DNA of 64,000 nucleotides from a virus (taxonomy: Duplodnaviria > Caudoviricetes), in the IMG/VR virus record IMGVR_UViG_3300021256_004135, positions 1-64,000 of that record; one strand, given 5' to 3'. This document shows positions 37,004 through 47,025 of the stretch, one piece after another. Below the pieces are notes generated by a model, which did not search any database, was not told where the DNA came from, and saw nothing but the letters and a program-made list of their open reading frames with translations. Made by a program: the position numbers and the translations under genes. Each line of letters begins with the position of its first letter. Position 1 is the first letter of the stretch.

Positions 37004-37754
37004 ACATTGAGAAAACCACACTTTGCATTTCTTCTGGGAGCATGTAAACCGCGCTCTTCCACATCTCTTTCGGCACTCCGTAATATGCCTCGGCAATACC
37101 GCCAGTTATATTAGCGATGGTGTCGCTATCACCTCCGAGGGATACCGCAATACGGATGGCGCTCTCGAAGTCTTGGCTCTCCAAAAAACACCCAATGGCC
37201 TGCGGAACGCTTCCCTGACACGTTTCGTTAAATTGGTAGCGGGGACGTATCTCATCGATGGTGAAGTTGAGGTCATAGCCGTACAATTTCTCAACCATCT
37301 TCCTAATTTCCTCCTTGGGTCTGCGCTCTTCTGCCATAAGGATACAGTCCGTAATAGCCATCGCGCCCTTTATTCCCTCTGGGTGGTTGTGGGTGCAGAC
37401 TGCGGAAGCCGTGGCCCACGTCAATGCCTGCTCGCGATTGCCTTTTGCAAGGAATGCACATGGAGAGACGCGCATCGCCGAGCCGTTGCCGAAAGAGTCA
37501 TACGGTTTTGGATTCTTGGACAGCAGCCATTTGAAAAAGCGCCCACCGTAACCACGGTTAGGGTACTTGCGGCCATACTCGTGCATCACCTCCCCGAAGG
37601 GTCTTTTGCTCAAAATGGCATCGGCTACAGCCACGGTCATAACCGTGTCATCGGTGAACTTGCAGTCTGGATGGAAGAACTCAAACTCTGTTGAACGGTG
37701 GTTGTGAAATTCAAATCGCGACCCTACAATGTCGCCAATAATTGCTCCTATCAT
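36990..37754 (-). CDS. ADP-ribosylglycohydrolase (DraG/ARH family)
   Basis: GAIIGDIVGS, FTDDT, SFGNGSAMR, THNHPEG and GGDSDT motifs. Confidence 0.92.
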   Translation of the reverse strand: MIGAIIGDIVGSRFEFHNHRSTEFEFFHPDCKFTDDTVMTVAVADAILSKRPFGEVMHEYGRKYPNRGYGGRFFKWLLSKNPKPYDSFGNGSAMRVSPCAFLAKGNREQALTWATASAVCTHNHPEGIKGAMAITDCILMAEERRPKEEIRKMVEKLYGYDLNFTIDEIRPRYQFNETCQGSVPQAIGCFLESQDFESAIRIAVSLGGDSDTIANITGGIAEAYYGVPKEMWKSAVYMLPEEMQSVVFSMYEGY

Positions 37755-37780
37755 ACTGTATATGTTTTATTTGTTTATAT

Positions 37781-38911
37781 TCAATAACAAGGTGTTCCTT
37801 TTATAGTTCCTGCCGGTGGGAATGGTAGTGGTTCCGTTGTGCCAAGCATAACACCATTGTCGAGGCAACATGCCATGTCTTCAAAGGCATAGAACAACTG
37901 CCCCTGCTGTGCGAGATGGAGTGCGTGCCGGAACCATTTCTTGTACGCAGGATCACTTCCCTTCGCAGCCTTCACGAGTTTCGGGTACTCCTTGCAGAAA
38001 CGGTCAGCAGCCTTTTGAATGTCGAGAGTAGGGTCTTCGTCCTGGAACAGATTTCCAAACGAGATATTCACCGTTGTCGGTCCCCATGACTGGTCTGCAC
38101 ATATCGCTCCGCATTGCTCATAGGTATTGCTCTTGGTTGTGGCGATGCAACGCCAGGATAAGTGTACCGAAGGACAGATGCGCAACAGTTCATAGCCGCG
38201 ATTATGCAGTTCCGCTATTACCCTTAACTCAAAGATATAGGGATATATCCACATTTGTTCCTGGAGTGCCTTGTATATTGCAAGCACATCCTCGGGGCGC
38301 TCGTTACAGTAACACCAGTGAGGAGTGCGGCTCATGCGGGTGGCTATAATGCCGAGACAGTAAATGTTGCGTATGTACTCAAAATCAGCGGGGGTAATCT
38401 TGTCAAACACATTTATCCAAGAAAGATACGAAAAGCACAGCCCAAGATGCTCCTCAAACCCCTCGTGGCCTTTCTCTATCTCTGGGATATAGGAGAAAAT
38501 CCTATCCCAATATGATTTTGTCCTGTTGTCGAAAAAGAGCTTGTACTCCTCACGGGCTTCACGTTTCCCAAGCAATGTAAGAGACTCATCCCAAAAACAA
38601 TCCGCAAAAATGCTCTCCATCTGTTCGTTGCAAAAAATGACGATTCGTTCCTTCTCGTCAAAACAATCCCGTAGATACGCGAAAATGCAACGGAGAATGG
38701 CACGTGCAGTTTCATGGTCGTTCATTCCTCCCATCGGATAAAATGCGATTACGTTTGAGCCATCCTTTTTCATCTTCCTAAAGGCTTCCTTAATTGCATC
38801 AGACAGAATCCTGCCAGTCCCCATACCTTTATGGAGACAAGCATGGGTTTTAATGCTATCGAGTTGTTTTTTATCTGTCGTGATTTCAATGTAACTTGAA
38901 TACGTATTCAT
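37781..38911 (-). CDS. Multidomain protein, possible degenerate macro domain at the N-terminus
   Basis: VIAFYPMGG..ETARAILRCI...IVIFC resembles the C-terminal half of a macro domain. Confidence 0.4.
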   Translation of the reverse strand: MNTYSSYIEITTDKKQLDSIKTHACLHKGMGTGRILSDAIKEAFRKMKKDGSNVIAFYPMGGMNDHETARAILRCIFAYLRDCFDEKERIVIFCNEQMESIFADCFWDESLTLLGKREAREEYKLFFDNRTKSYWDRIFSYIPEIEKGHEGFEEHLGLCFSYLSWINVFDKITPADFEYIRNIYCLGIIATRMSRTPHWCYCNERPEDVLAIYKALQEQMWIYPYIFELRVIAELHNRGYELLRICPSVHLSWRCIATTKSNTYEQCGAICADQSWGPTTVNISFGNLFQDEDPTLDIQKAADRFCKEYPKLVKAAKGSDPAYKKWFRHALHLAQQGQLFYAFEDMACCLDNGVMLGTTEPLPFPPAGTIKGTPCY

Positions 38912-38929
38912 AGTGTACCTCCATATCTG

Positions 38930-39658
38930 TCAAAACTCCAAGCGGAAACTGCCGCTTTCCTTCATGTGGTTGTAGCTCTCCTCATCGAAGCAGAAGAGCT
39001 TGCGCTTGCGCCCCATCACTCCGCATCGCTCCGCGAGGTCAGCCATCTTGTCGCTGGCACCCGACTCATCCTCCACCTCACGCAGCACGCCGGTCTGCAT
39101 CATCTTCTTGTGGAAGTTACGGCGGTCGAAATGCACCCCAAGGATGCTCTCATAGAGGCGTTGCAGGTCGCCGATGCCGAACTTCTCCTCCAGCAGACCG
39201 AAACCGATAGGCTCGAAGTGGATGTCCTGGCGGATGCGACTCATCGCCTGACGGAGTATAAAGTCGTGGTCGAATGCCAACTGCGGAATGTCGTCGATAG
39301 CCCACCACTTGGCGTTGGCGGCATCGTCACCGCCCTTCACCTCGGACTGGCGAGCCAGCGCGTAGAACGCTATGGATACGATACGCTCACGGGGGTCACG
39401 GTGTACGCCGCTGAACGCTCCCAACTGCCGGATGCTGCTGGTCAGGATCAGTCCAGTCTCTTCTTTCAGTTCACGCGACGCGCACTCTTCGGCTGTCTCA
39501 TCCATACGCATGAAACCTCCTGGGAACGCCCACATACCTTTGTATGGGTCGAGGCCACGCTGAATAAGCAACACCTTGAGTTTATGGCCGTCAAAGCCAA
39601 ACACCACGCAGTCCGTGGCTACCGCAGGATGGGGATATTCGTATTCGTATTTTGCCAT
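38930..39658 (-). CDS. nrtR: NrtR-family Nudix-wHTH regulator
   Basis: Nudix box GG..E...ASRELKEETG, RDPRERIVS, LAFDH and DRRNF motifs. Confidence 0.88.
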   Translation of the reverse strand: MAKYEYEYPHPAVATDCVVFGFDGHKLKVLLIQRGLDPYKGMWAFPGGFMRMDETAEECASRELKEETGLILTSSIRQLGAFSGVHRDPRERIVSIAFYALARQSEVKGGDDAANAKWWAIDDIPQLAFDHDFILRQAMSRIRQDIHFEPIGFGLLEEKFGIGDLQRLYESILGVHFDRRNFHKKMMQTGVLREVEDESGASDKMADLAERCGVMGRKRKLFCFDEESYNHMKESGSFRLEF

Positions 39659-39678
39659 AATCGTATGCAATCTTTTGA

Positions 39679-39833
39679 TGCGTAAATTTTACGCAAAAGT
39701 ACAACTTAAATTCAAACTGACAAAATATTTTTGCGTATTTTTTACGCAATGTAAAATAATTCACTTGTATTCAAAATGATAGTATTGAAAATATTTTTGA
39801 ATACCACGCTAAATATTGCGTATTTTTTACGCA
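39679..39833. promoter_or_regulatory. Three NrtR-type operators
   Basis: TGCGTA-W5-TACGCA palindromes at 39679, 39732 and 39817 (GT-N7-AC core), overlapping the minus-strand TACTTTTG. Confidence 0.8.
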
Positions 39834-39910
39834 TTTTTGGCCATTAAAACACAAAAAATGCCCACCACGCACACGCATGATGGGCTGCTAACAAAGATGA
39901 AGACTCGCCG

Positions 39911-40438
39911 TTACCAGCGGCGATAGTAGCACCAATTTAGGTTAGAGTAATATACGCCGTCAAGCCGGTGCCATGAGCCAAAGAGTTTCACCTCGTCACC
40001 GCGCATGAAGATGAAACGCGATGCACCGCGCTTGCGGTCTACATAATCCCACAACTTCTTGTTGCCCCACCCAACGACCTCTAATTTAGGCAGAAATAGC
40101 TCTCTAAAGAAGATTTCGCTGTCGGTCATATCATCGTGCGACTCGATGGGCAAAATGCCGTTATGGGCAAACCACACGCCGCTTTCGCGGTCAAAGAACG
40201 GATGGCAGTTGGCACGGCTGACTGAGCCGTGGGTGGCCAGTCTAAAATGGATGATGCAGTCGGCACTCTTCTTGCGCTTCTGTATGGCCTTGGTAAAGTA
40301 CCGAAACGAAAGAGTCTTGCAGCAATGTCCGTCGCTGTCGGCAAAGCCGATGCCGTGGCGGTTATACATAAAGACGGCTTCTAACGTCTGTATTGTCGGC
40401 GTTTCTACGCCTGCAGGGATATAAAGGATGCAGCACAT
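39911..40438 (-). CDS. Class II glutamine amidotransferase-like (Ntn) protein
   Basis: N-terminal MCC; HFRLATHG, NCHPF, FAHNG and TDSE motifs. Confidence 0.8.
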   Translation of the reverse strand: MCCILYIPAGVETPTIQTLEAVFMYNRHGIGFADSDGHCCKTLSFRYFTKAIQKRKKSADCIIHFRLATHGSVSRANCHPFFDRESGVWFAHNGILPIESHDDMTDSEIFFRELFLPKLEVVGWGNKKLWDYVDRKRGASRFIFMRGDEVKLFGSWHRLDGVYYSNLNWCYYRRW

Positions 40439-40478
40439 AATTGATTGTATTTTGGTTGATTATTAGACATTTAACTTG

Positions 40479-41426
40479 TTAAGCAGAAAGTAACTGGTCT
40501 ACCATTGCCATGCCTGCAAAGGCGTTGGCACGGTCTTTGAAAAAGCTCTTTTCATCGTCAGTCAAGAAAGGCACATCGTCAATAGAGCGGACTGGCGCAT
40601 TGAGACGGTGGTCGGCTGACCAATGCACCAGTTTGATGCAGAAACGCGCCCAATAACTGATTTTGTCATAGTCGGTTGTGCCTTGGTGATGGCGAAACTC
40701 AATAGTGTGGTGTCTGCCCCACGCCTCGCAGTTGATTTTATAGTAGCGGTCATGGTTCATGGCCTCGCCAACTTGTCTAAAGGTACGCGCGCGCACAATA
40801 GAGTCCACGTTGCCGCCAAGTTTCTTGGCATAGTAATTCTCGCGGCGGCTGGGTGACATAAAAGAGTCAATGACGCTTTCAAGGTAATAGTAGTTTGCAA
40901 AGGTGTTGCCGTATTGTTTTTCGGTGATACGACCGCCTACATGGATATGCAGGCCAGTCGAGCGGTTGACCATTGCACCACATTCACGCAGCGAGGCGCA
41001 GCAGGCTTTCAAGGTGTCGAAACCGCCTCTCGCGCCGTTGAGGATGGGCGAAACGCACTCGATGGGATTCTCGCCTCGGATAGAGCCGTCCGAAACCAGT
41101 TTATAGTACGTGTCATTGTCGCGGTGGTTGTAACCCTCGCTGTGCATTTCAAGTCCGCGCTCGGTGGCCTTATTTATAAGTTCATTCACGCGCACGTGAT
41201 AGCACTCAATCTCTACGCCGAAGGTGTACCGCGCCAGTATTTGGTCGATGGTGTACTCTACGACTGGCCGTGCCGCCCTGCCCTCTCGTCCGGCCATACG
41301 CTCGGCGAAAAAGAGATTTTGAATGTCGGTGGCCGTGAGACCGATTTTGAGCAACTTCTCGCGCTTCACATCGTGCGAGGTGTCCTCTTTCATAATTTCG
41401 TTGGCTTGCTCTCTAATTGTCTTCAT
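40479..41426 (-). CDS. Amidoligase (COOH-NH2 ligase) family protein
   Basis: TFGVEIE, DGSI, ECVSPIL, GLHIHV and TIEFRH motifs. Confidence 0.85.
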   Translation of the reverse strand: MKTIREQANEIMKEDTSHDVKREKLLKIGLTATDIQNLFFAERMAGREGRAARPVVEYTIDQILARYTFGVEIECYHVRVNELINKATERGLEMHSEGYNHRDNDTYYKLVSDGSIRGENPIECVSPILNGARGGFDTLKACCASLRECGAMVNRSTGLHIHVGGRITEKQYGNTFANYYYLESVIDSFMSPSRRENYYAKKLGGNVDSIVRARTFRQVGEAMNHDRYYKINCEAWGRHHTIEFRHHQGTTDYDKISYWARFCIKLVHWSADHRLNAPVRSIDDVPFLTDDEKSFFKDRANAFAGMAMVDQLLSA

Positions 41427-41446
41427 AGTTGTTAGTTTTTTAATTG

Positions 41447-41617
41447 TTATTATACTATTTGTTTTAACTTTCGGATGCAAAATTACAACAATTATTTTAA
41501 TTGGCAAAATTATTTTGCATAAAAATTAAACATTTAACATTAACCGAAATGCAACTAACTTAAAATGAACACAATAATTTTTTGAGCAGTAATTAAAATT
41601 AACATTTTAATAGGCCA
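41447..41617 (-). repeat. About 170-bp AT-rich promoter/operator unit, copy 1
   Basis: Colinear similarity to 51426-51596; palindrome ATTAAAAT-TAAC-ATTTTAAT. Confidence 0.75.
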
Positions 41618-41700
41618 ATTTTCGCTGCAAAAAGAAAATATTTTTTGTCAATTAAAATAATTATTGTAATTTTGCAGCGAAATTAAAACAACAATTTAAT

Positions 41701-42006
41701 ATGAATATAAGAGATAATGTTAAGAGGTGTTGCGACTTACGGGGAATAACCCAGAAAGAACTGGCCGCAAAATTGGGAGTGACTGACATCAGTCTCAACG
41801 CCACGCTCAAAGAAGGCAGAGACCCGCGCGTCAGCACCGTGAAGAAAATCGCCGACGCCCTGGAGGTGGACATCGCCGAGTTGCTCTCCGACCGTCCGCA
41901 GCAGACCATCGAGCCGGAGGTGGTGCATGTTCCGTACATCCGCTGCCCCCATTGCGGCAAGGAGATAGACGTGTTTGTCAAGCCCCGTGAGGAGCAGCAA
42001 GCCTGA
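41701..42006 (+). CDS. XRE-family HTH regulator with C-terminal CPHC motif
   Basis: ITQKELAAKLGV and TVKKIADALEV motifs. Confidence 0.88.
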   Translation: MNIRDNVKRCCDLRGITQKELAAKLGVTDISLNATLKEGRDPRVSTVKKIADALEVDIAELLSDRPQQTIEPEVVHVPYIRCPHCGKEIDVFVKPREEQQA

Positions 42007-42028
42007 CCATATCCGCGACATACGGACA

Positions 42029-42057
42029 TAAAAAAAGCCCGCACACCGGCGGGCTTT
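42029..42057. terminator. Bidirectional terminator
   Basis: AAAGCCCGC-ACACCG-GCGGGCTTT between convergent genes. Confidence 0.7.
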
Positions 42058-42075
42058 AACTCTTGTTCCCATCAA

Positions 42076-43359
42076 TCAAAACGGGACATCCTCCTCTTCC
42101 AACATTCCCTCTTCGACACTCTGAACGCTCCTGGTCTCTGTGGAGAGTTGCATGTCCTGCAGCTCCTCAAAAGACAAGAGTTTGCGATACTTGTCCGGCA
42201 ACGGACTCTCTCCGAGCATTCCCACATTCACCATCTGATATATCCGCATCAGCCAATCTCGTATCTCCGACGGAACGAGTTCTGGATACGCATCGTCCAT
42301 GGTTACGAAAAAACGTGCCGCCAGAACCTTGTTCAATTCGGCAAACCGCACTATGGCTTCGGCCATTCCCAACTGCCCCATCGCCCATAAAGCCAGTCCC
42401 ACACCATCAAAGGAGAGAAGCGAGCGGTCGTGGCCAATGCGTGGCTTGTCTTCTATGCCGAAATACCTCGGAAGATAAAACCCCTTCACGTCCAGCCAGT
42501 AATTCCAGTAATAAGTTCCATCCAGACCTCGGAAGTCATCTATCCGAAAGTATTCTTTGTCTTCGGCATTGAAACGGACGACTGAATCATTGACCTCACC
42601 CCATGTCAGAATATACGACACTTCCGATGCTATGCTTCTGTACATCATCTTTTCGATGTCGCTATATCTCTCTTCCATTCTCAATGAAAGGATTGTCCTC
42701 AACTTCTCCGTGGGGGTGAGCCGGTCAAGACGCACCTCTTCTGGATGCTCTGCCCCAATGCGTTTGTACACCCAATCCAGTCCTTTGATACTCGCAAGCC
42801 TATCCCTATGGCGATAGATGTACTCCGTAGGGAAATGCGCCAGTATCGCGGTGGCGGCATCGTCATCCCCCGACTCGAAGGCTTGCGCCACACCCTCGGA
42901 ATAGCACTCTTCCCAATGTCTGCTGATTTTGGAGTATGCCCACTGGCGTTCTTTCTTGGTCGGCTGATGTAGCATGAAGAGGACAATTTTTCTCTTGCCG
43001 TTCTCCGATGCAAGACGGTACCTGGTCTTCAACTGTTCCCGAAGCAGCCCCTTGCGCTTGCATCCCTCGGATGACAGTTCCTTCATCGTGGCCTCGATGG
43101 GTTTGTTCTGCTTCTGTGCGAGACGGTGTTCCAATCCTCTGCGCCTGACGAGGCCGAGGAACATGCTGTAACGCGGACTACCATTTCTCTCGCGACCGAC
43201 CACCATAGCAACGCCTCTGTTGAAGTAATAATCCTCCACAAGGTCAAGCAGTTCATTGTCAGGGAGCGTCACAGCAAGGGTGTATACCACCTTGTTGGAG
43301 CCGTGGCTGTCCTGCTGCCAGTATTCATCTATCCGTTTCCTTGTCTCTTTCGGTGTCAT
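42076..43359 (-). CDS. Hypothetical helical protein ending in EEEDVPF
   Basis: 427-aa ORF directly downstream of dnaB. Confidence 0.6.
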   Translation of the reverse strand: MTPKETRKRIDEYWQQDSHGSNKVVYTLAVTLPDNELLDLVEDYYFNRGVAMVVGRERNGSPRYSMFLGLVRRRGLEHRLAQKQNKPIEATMKELSSEGCKRKGLLREQLKTRYRLASENGKRKIVLFMLHQPTKKERQWAYSKISRHWEECYSEGVAQAFESGDDDAATAILAHFPTEYIYRHRDRLASIKGLDWVYKRIGAEHPEEVRLDRLTPTEKLRTILSLRMEERYSDIEKMMYRSIASEVSYILTWGEVNDSVVRFNAEDKEYFRIDDFRGLDGTYYWNYWLDVKGFYLPRYFGIEDKPRIGHDRSLLSFDGVGLALWAMGQLGMAEAIVRFAELNKVLAARFFVTMDDAYPELVPSEIRDWLMRIYQMVNVGMLGESPLPDKYRKLLSFEELQDMQLSTETRSVQSVEEGMLEEEDVPF

Positions 43360-43374
43360 TGTGAGTGGTTTTTG

Positions 43375-44967
43375 TTATGAAAAATCCAGGTCGTTGTCGG
43401 TGGGCATTTGAGGCGGAATGTACGGCGGCTCCGTCTTGTCTTCTATTATCGGAGGCAAAATGGGGTTGCCGTCATTGTCCACCTGCATCTCACCAGCAGG
43501 GTTGTCGAAGTTGTCATTCGGCTTTATCTCCGCGTTCATCTTGGAGTCGTATATCACCGGCTCGTTGAATACTGGGAAATCACGGAACCTCACGTATTTG
43601 CCCTCAAACATCAGCGGACACACTCCCGTGTCGCCGGAACGGAACTTCAATATATGGATATTGGCCAGATTCACCGTGCTGTTACCATTCTCATCCTGCT
43701 CCATACCATATTTCTCCGGCCTATGGATAGCCATCACAATGTCCGCATCCTGCTCGATGGCACCCGACTCACGCAAGTCCGACAACATAGGTATAGCCAT
43801 TGGGCGGTCTTCCACCTTACGACTGAGCTGCGACATGGCCAGAACAGGAATTTCCAACTCCTTCGACATCTCCTTCAACTGGCGAGAGATGTTGCTGATT
43901 TCCTGCTCACGGTTACGGTTTCTGTTGGCATCGGGCGCACCGTTCATCAACTGGAGATAGTCGATGAACACCATCTTGATGCCGTAACGCTGTTTCAGCC
44001 TACGGCATTTTGCGCGCATCTGGAAGATGTCAATTCCAGCGCTGTCGTCAATGTAAAGCGGAGCCTTTCTCAAACTCAATATCTTGTCGGCCATACGTTC
44101 TTTCTCAAACTTGTTCAGATTGGCTGACTTACGCAGCCTGCTGGCCGGTATCTCCGTCTCCGCCGACAACAGACGCGCCACCAGCTCGTCTCCAGTCATC
44201 TCCAGAGAGAAGTAGGCCACAGGCTTATGGAAGTTTACGGCGATATTCTTTGCCATCGTGAGGCCGCAAGCCGTTTTGCCCATAGCAGGACGGGCGGCAA
44301 GAATGATAAGGGTACCTGGCTGGAATCCCGCTATGCGGCGGTCAAGTTCCATGAAGCCAGACAATACGCTGCGGTCATCCTCCGGCTTTTCCGACAGAAA
44401 CGTCTTCTGCGCATTGCTCATCAGAGAGTCCATGCTTTGGCTGTCGCGGCTGAAACTCTTCTCGCTCACTTCCATCAAACCCTTTTGTGCATCGTCAAGC
44501 AGTTGCACCACATCGCACGTTTCATCGTAGGCCGCCTTGATACTTTCCGTAGAGGTACGTATCACCTCACGCTGCATATATTTCTCCGTCAGGATCTGCA
44601 AATGGTATTCCATGTGGGCGGCGGACACCACATTGGATGTGAGCTGCGAGATATAGAATGCGCCGCCCGCCGCCTCCAGATTTCCCTCTCTGCGCAGTTC
44701 CTCCACAACCGTCAGCATATCCACGTCATACTTGCAGTTCATCAGCATCCGTATGGCGGAGAAGATGATTTGATGCTCCGTCTTGTAAAACAGCCCCTCG
44801 TGCATATCGTATATATGACCGAACAGAGCCTCCTGGTCGAGCATCATCGCCCCAAGTACGCTTTTCTCCAACTCCACGGCCTGCGGCGGCACCATGCCGT
44901 TTATCTCACCCGCCTGCGCGAAGGTGAGCCGCGTTTTCCTTCTTTGTAATGTATTAGTGTTTTCCAT
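43375..44967 (-). CDS. dnaB: Replicative DNA helicase DnaB (host-like, full length)
   Basis: PPQAVELEKSVLG, AARPAMGKT, FSLEM, DYLQL, SQLSR and LRESGAIEQDAD motifs. Confidence 0.93.
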   Translation of the reverse strand: MENTNTLQRRKTRLTFAQAGEINGMVPPQAVELEKSVLGAMMLDQEALFGHIYDMHEGLFYKTEHQIIFSAIRMLMNCKYDVDMLTVVEELRREGNLEAAGGAFYISQLTSNVVSAAHMEYHLQILTEKYMQREVIRTSTESIKAAYDETCDVVQLLDDAQKGLMEVSEKSFSRDSQSMDSLMSNAQKTFLSEKPEDDRSVLSGFMELDRRIAGFQPGTLIILAARPAMGKTACGLTMAKNIAVNFHKPVAYFSLEMTGDELVARLLSAETEIPASRLRKSANLNKFEKERMADKILSLRKAPLYIDDSAGIDIFQMRAKCRRLKQRYGIKMVFIDYLQLMNGAPDANRNRNREQEISNISRQLKEMSKELEIPVLAMSQLSRKVEDRPMAIPMLSDLRESGAIEQDADIVMAIHRPEKYGMEQDENGNSTVNLANIHILKFRSGDTGVCPLMFEGKYVRFRDFPVFNEPVIYDSKMNAEIKPNDNFDNPAGEMQVDNDGNPILPPIIEDKTEPPYIPPQMPTDNDLDFS

Positions 44968-44990
44968 ATTGTGCTTGCAGTGTTATTATA

Positions 44991-45653
44991 CTATTGTCCA
45001 TATTTCATTATCTTATAGATTTTATCCGCTTGATCCTGGCTGCGGAAGGCCAGATTGTCCAAACCGTCGAAGAACTCCTTGGAGGGTTCCCGCTGTCTCT
45101 CTTCCCGATGCAATGCCACGAGATACGCCGCGAATACCTTCTCCACCAGAGACTCCAACACACCATCCTCTGGATAGCGGCGGTAGTCGTAGTCCGTGAA
45201 GTTGTCAAAGCCCCACCACTCGATGAACTCCGCCAGCCGTGGCCACAGACCGCCGAGCCGGATGAACGCCTTCACCATCGCGGAATAGGACTCCGACGGC
45301 TTGTCGAATGGCATCTCTCTGATGGTAGAGAACAACACGTCGCCGAACTGCGGCGTGAACCACTGCATCTGCCAACTGTCGGAGACTATGTCACGCACCG
45401 GCCATGCCACCGCACCCCAGAGTTTCTTGTCATCCTGCGGAACATTCAGTTCCTTGAACTCTTCCAGCAACTGTATGAACTTATTCCTGGCATAAGCCCG
45501 CGCATTGGCTTTCATCATCTTAATCAGAAGCCACGCAATGGTGTTCTTCGGCCACCGAAGATTGGGGTTGGCATCCCAGTCCGCACGCGCTATCTTGTAG
45601 GCGGCGGAGTAATCCTCAAGGTCTTGGAAGTATTTCATCTGTTTGTAAGACAT
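44991..45653 (-). CDS. Hypothetical helical protein
   Basis: 220-aa in-operon ORF with FIEWWGFDNF motif. Confidence 0.55.
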   Translation of the reverse strand: MSYKQMKYFQDLEDYSAAYKIARADWDANPNLRWPKNTIAWLLIKMMKANARAYARNKFIQLLEEFKELNVPQDDKKLWGAVAWPVRDIVSDSWQMQWFTPQFGDVLFSTIREMPFDKPSESYSAMVKAFIRLGGLWPRLAEFIEWWGFDNFTDYDYRRYPEDGVLESLVEKVFAAYLVALHREERQREPSKEFFDGLDNLAFRSQDQADKIYKIMKYGQ

Positions 45654-45683
45654 AGTCTTATCCGCTTTATTATCATTGTATTT

Positions 45684-46115
45684 CTATTCCGTTTTGGGGA
45701 TGTCCGGCAACCTCAACACCAATTCCAATTTATCCAAGTCTATAGAGGCATTGAGTAGCCTCATCAAGAACATCCCGATGATGCCGTTCATACCCAAACC
45801 ACACTCCCGAAGAGATTCGTTGATTGCCCTGGTGTCAGTACCGGCGCATGGTATGTCGGTCAACAGCACAGCGTTAAGGTTGAATGCCACATTATATGAG
45901 TGTGATACAGAGGAGTTTCCCATAAGCGACGTGGCATTGTTTATGATAGGAGGTATCTCCTCCGCACCTATCTCCTTGGCAAATGTCTCGTCGATGAAGC
46001 AGACATTAGCCCCCGTGTCCACGAGGAAGTACCCCTCGTGGTCGTTCACGATGAGTTTAACCAACGGCATATCAGCGGTTTTTACCCCTTCCTCAAAAGA
46101 TAGATTCAAGTTCAT
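45684..46115 (-). CDS. Retropepsin-like aspartic protease
   Basis: FLVDTGAN and GIIGMFLM motifs. Confidence 0.8.
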   Translation of the reverse strand: MNLNLSFEEGVKTADMPLVKLIVNDHEGYFLVDTGANVCFIDETFAKEIGAEEIPPIINNATSLMGNSSVSHSYNVAFNLNAVLLTDIPCAGTDTRAINESLRECGLGMNGIIGMFLMRLLNASIDLDKLELVLRLPDIPKTE

Positions 46116-46453
46116 ATCTCTAATTATTAGATTGTTGCAAAATTTCACATTGTTGTTTGTATTCTGGCATCACGCTAACTTTCATGTTCTGTAGCCCCTT
46201 ATATTCCGACCTTCATCGGCTCGTCCGTCTGCAAAAATAAGGCATAAAACAATACCCTTTTTCAACATCGGCCTGAAGTTATAAACTCTGCGTATCGCAC
46301 AGTATAACAACAAAATACATTTCAATTATATTCCTCTTATTTTCAGTCGTCAAGCCTTACACCCTTCTCCAAGCATCACGTTGTCAGCATCGGATTTTTT
46401 TATCAACACCACCCTCGTATGGTTTCTTATGAACAGGTTGAAAACTTTCTCCG

Positions 46454-46903
46454 TCAGAAGGGTGTGTTGTCATCGTCCCACGGCAGGTCATTCTCATGTG
46501 GAAGTATCTCTGACGGCTGGTTTTGTGTCTGTTGCGTACCGCTTGCTGGGTTCCATGTATAGGTCGGCGCGACACTGATGGGGGCCGTGCCTGCAGGTGG
46601 TGGAGTTGTCGCAGCAGCGGCCACATACTGCATGATGTTGAAGCACCGCAGCGTAGTGTAGTAGTTGCCGTTCTTGGCCTCACGGCTCTCGGCGTAGAAA
46701 CTGACCCTTACCGGCTCCCCGATATTGATACCGTTGAGCATAGAAAGGCGTTCCTCACCGAACAGCTCGAATGCAACTGGGCGAGGATAGTCGCCGTCAC
46801 GCATGATGACGAAACCGCCCTTCATCTTCTTGGTGCCGTCTCCAAACGTCACCTCCTCCTGCTGGAGGATTCTGTACATTGTTCCGTTGATTTCCATAGT
46901 CAT
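46454..46903 (-). CDS. DUF3127 OB-fold SSB-like protein
   Basis: YPRPVAFELFG and ESRE..GNYYTTLRCF motifs; acidic tail DDDNTPF. Confidence 0.75.
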   Translation of the reverse strand: MTMEINGTMYRILQQEEVTFGDGTKKMKGGFVIMRDGDYPRPVAFELFGEERLSMLNGINIGEPVRVSFYAESREAKNGNYYTTLRCFNIMQYVAAAATTPPPAGTAPISVAPTYTWNPASGTQQTQNQPSEILPHENDLPWDDDNTPF

Positions 46904-47025
46904 TTCATTTGATGATTTCTGGGTGCAAAAGTACCGTAAAACAAGACTGCCAGAAGAGCCGTGCAAGGCTTGCATTCCTAATTCATTCTTTTTTCGTATC
47001 TTTGCAGCAAAATTATAGAAGAATT

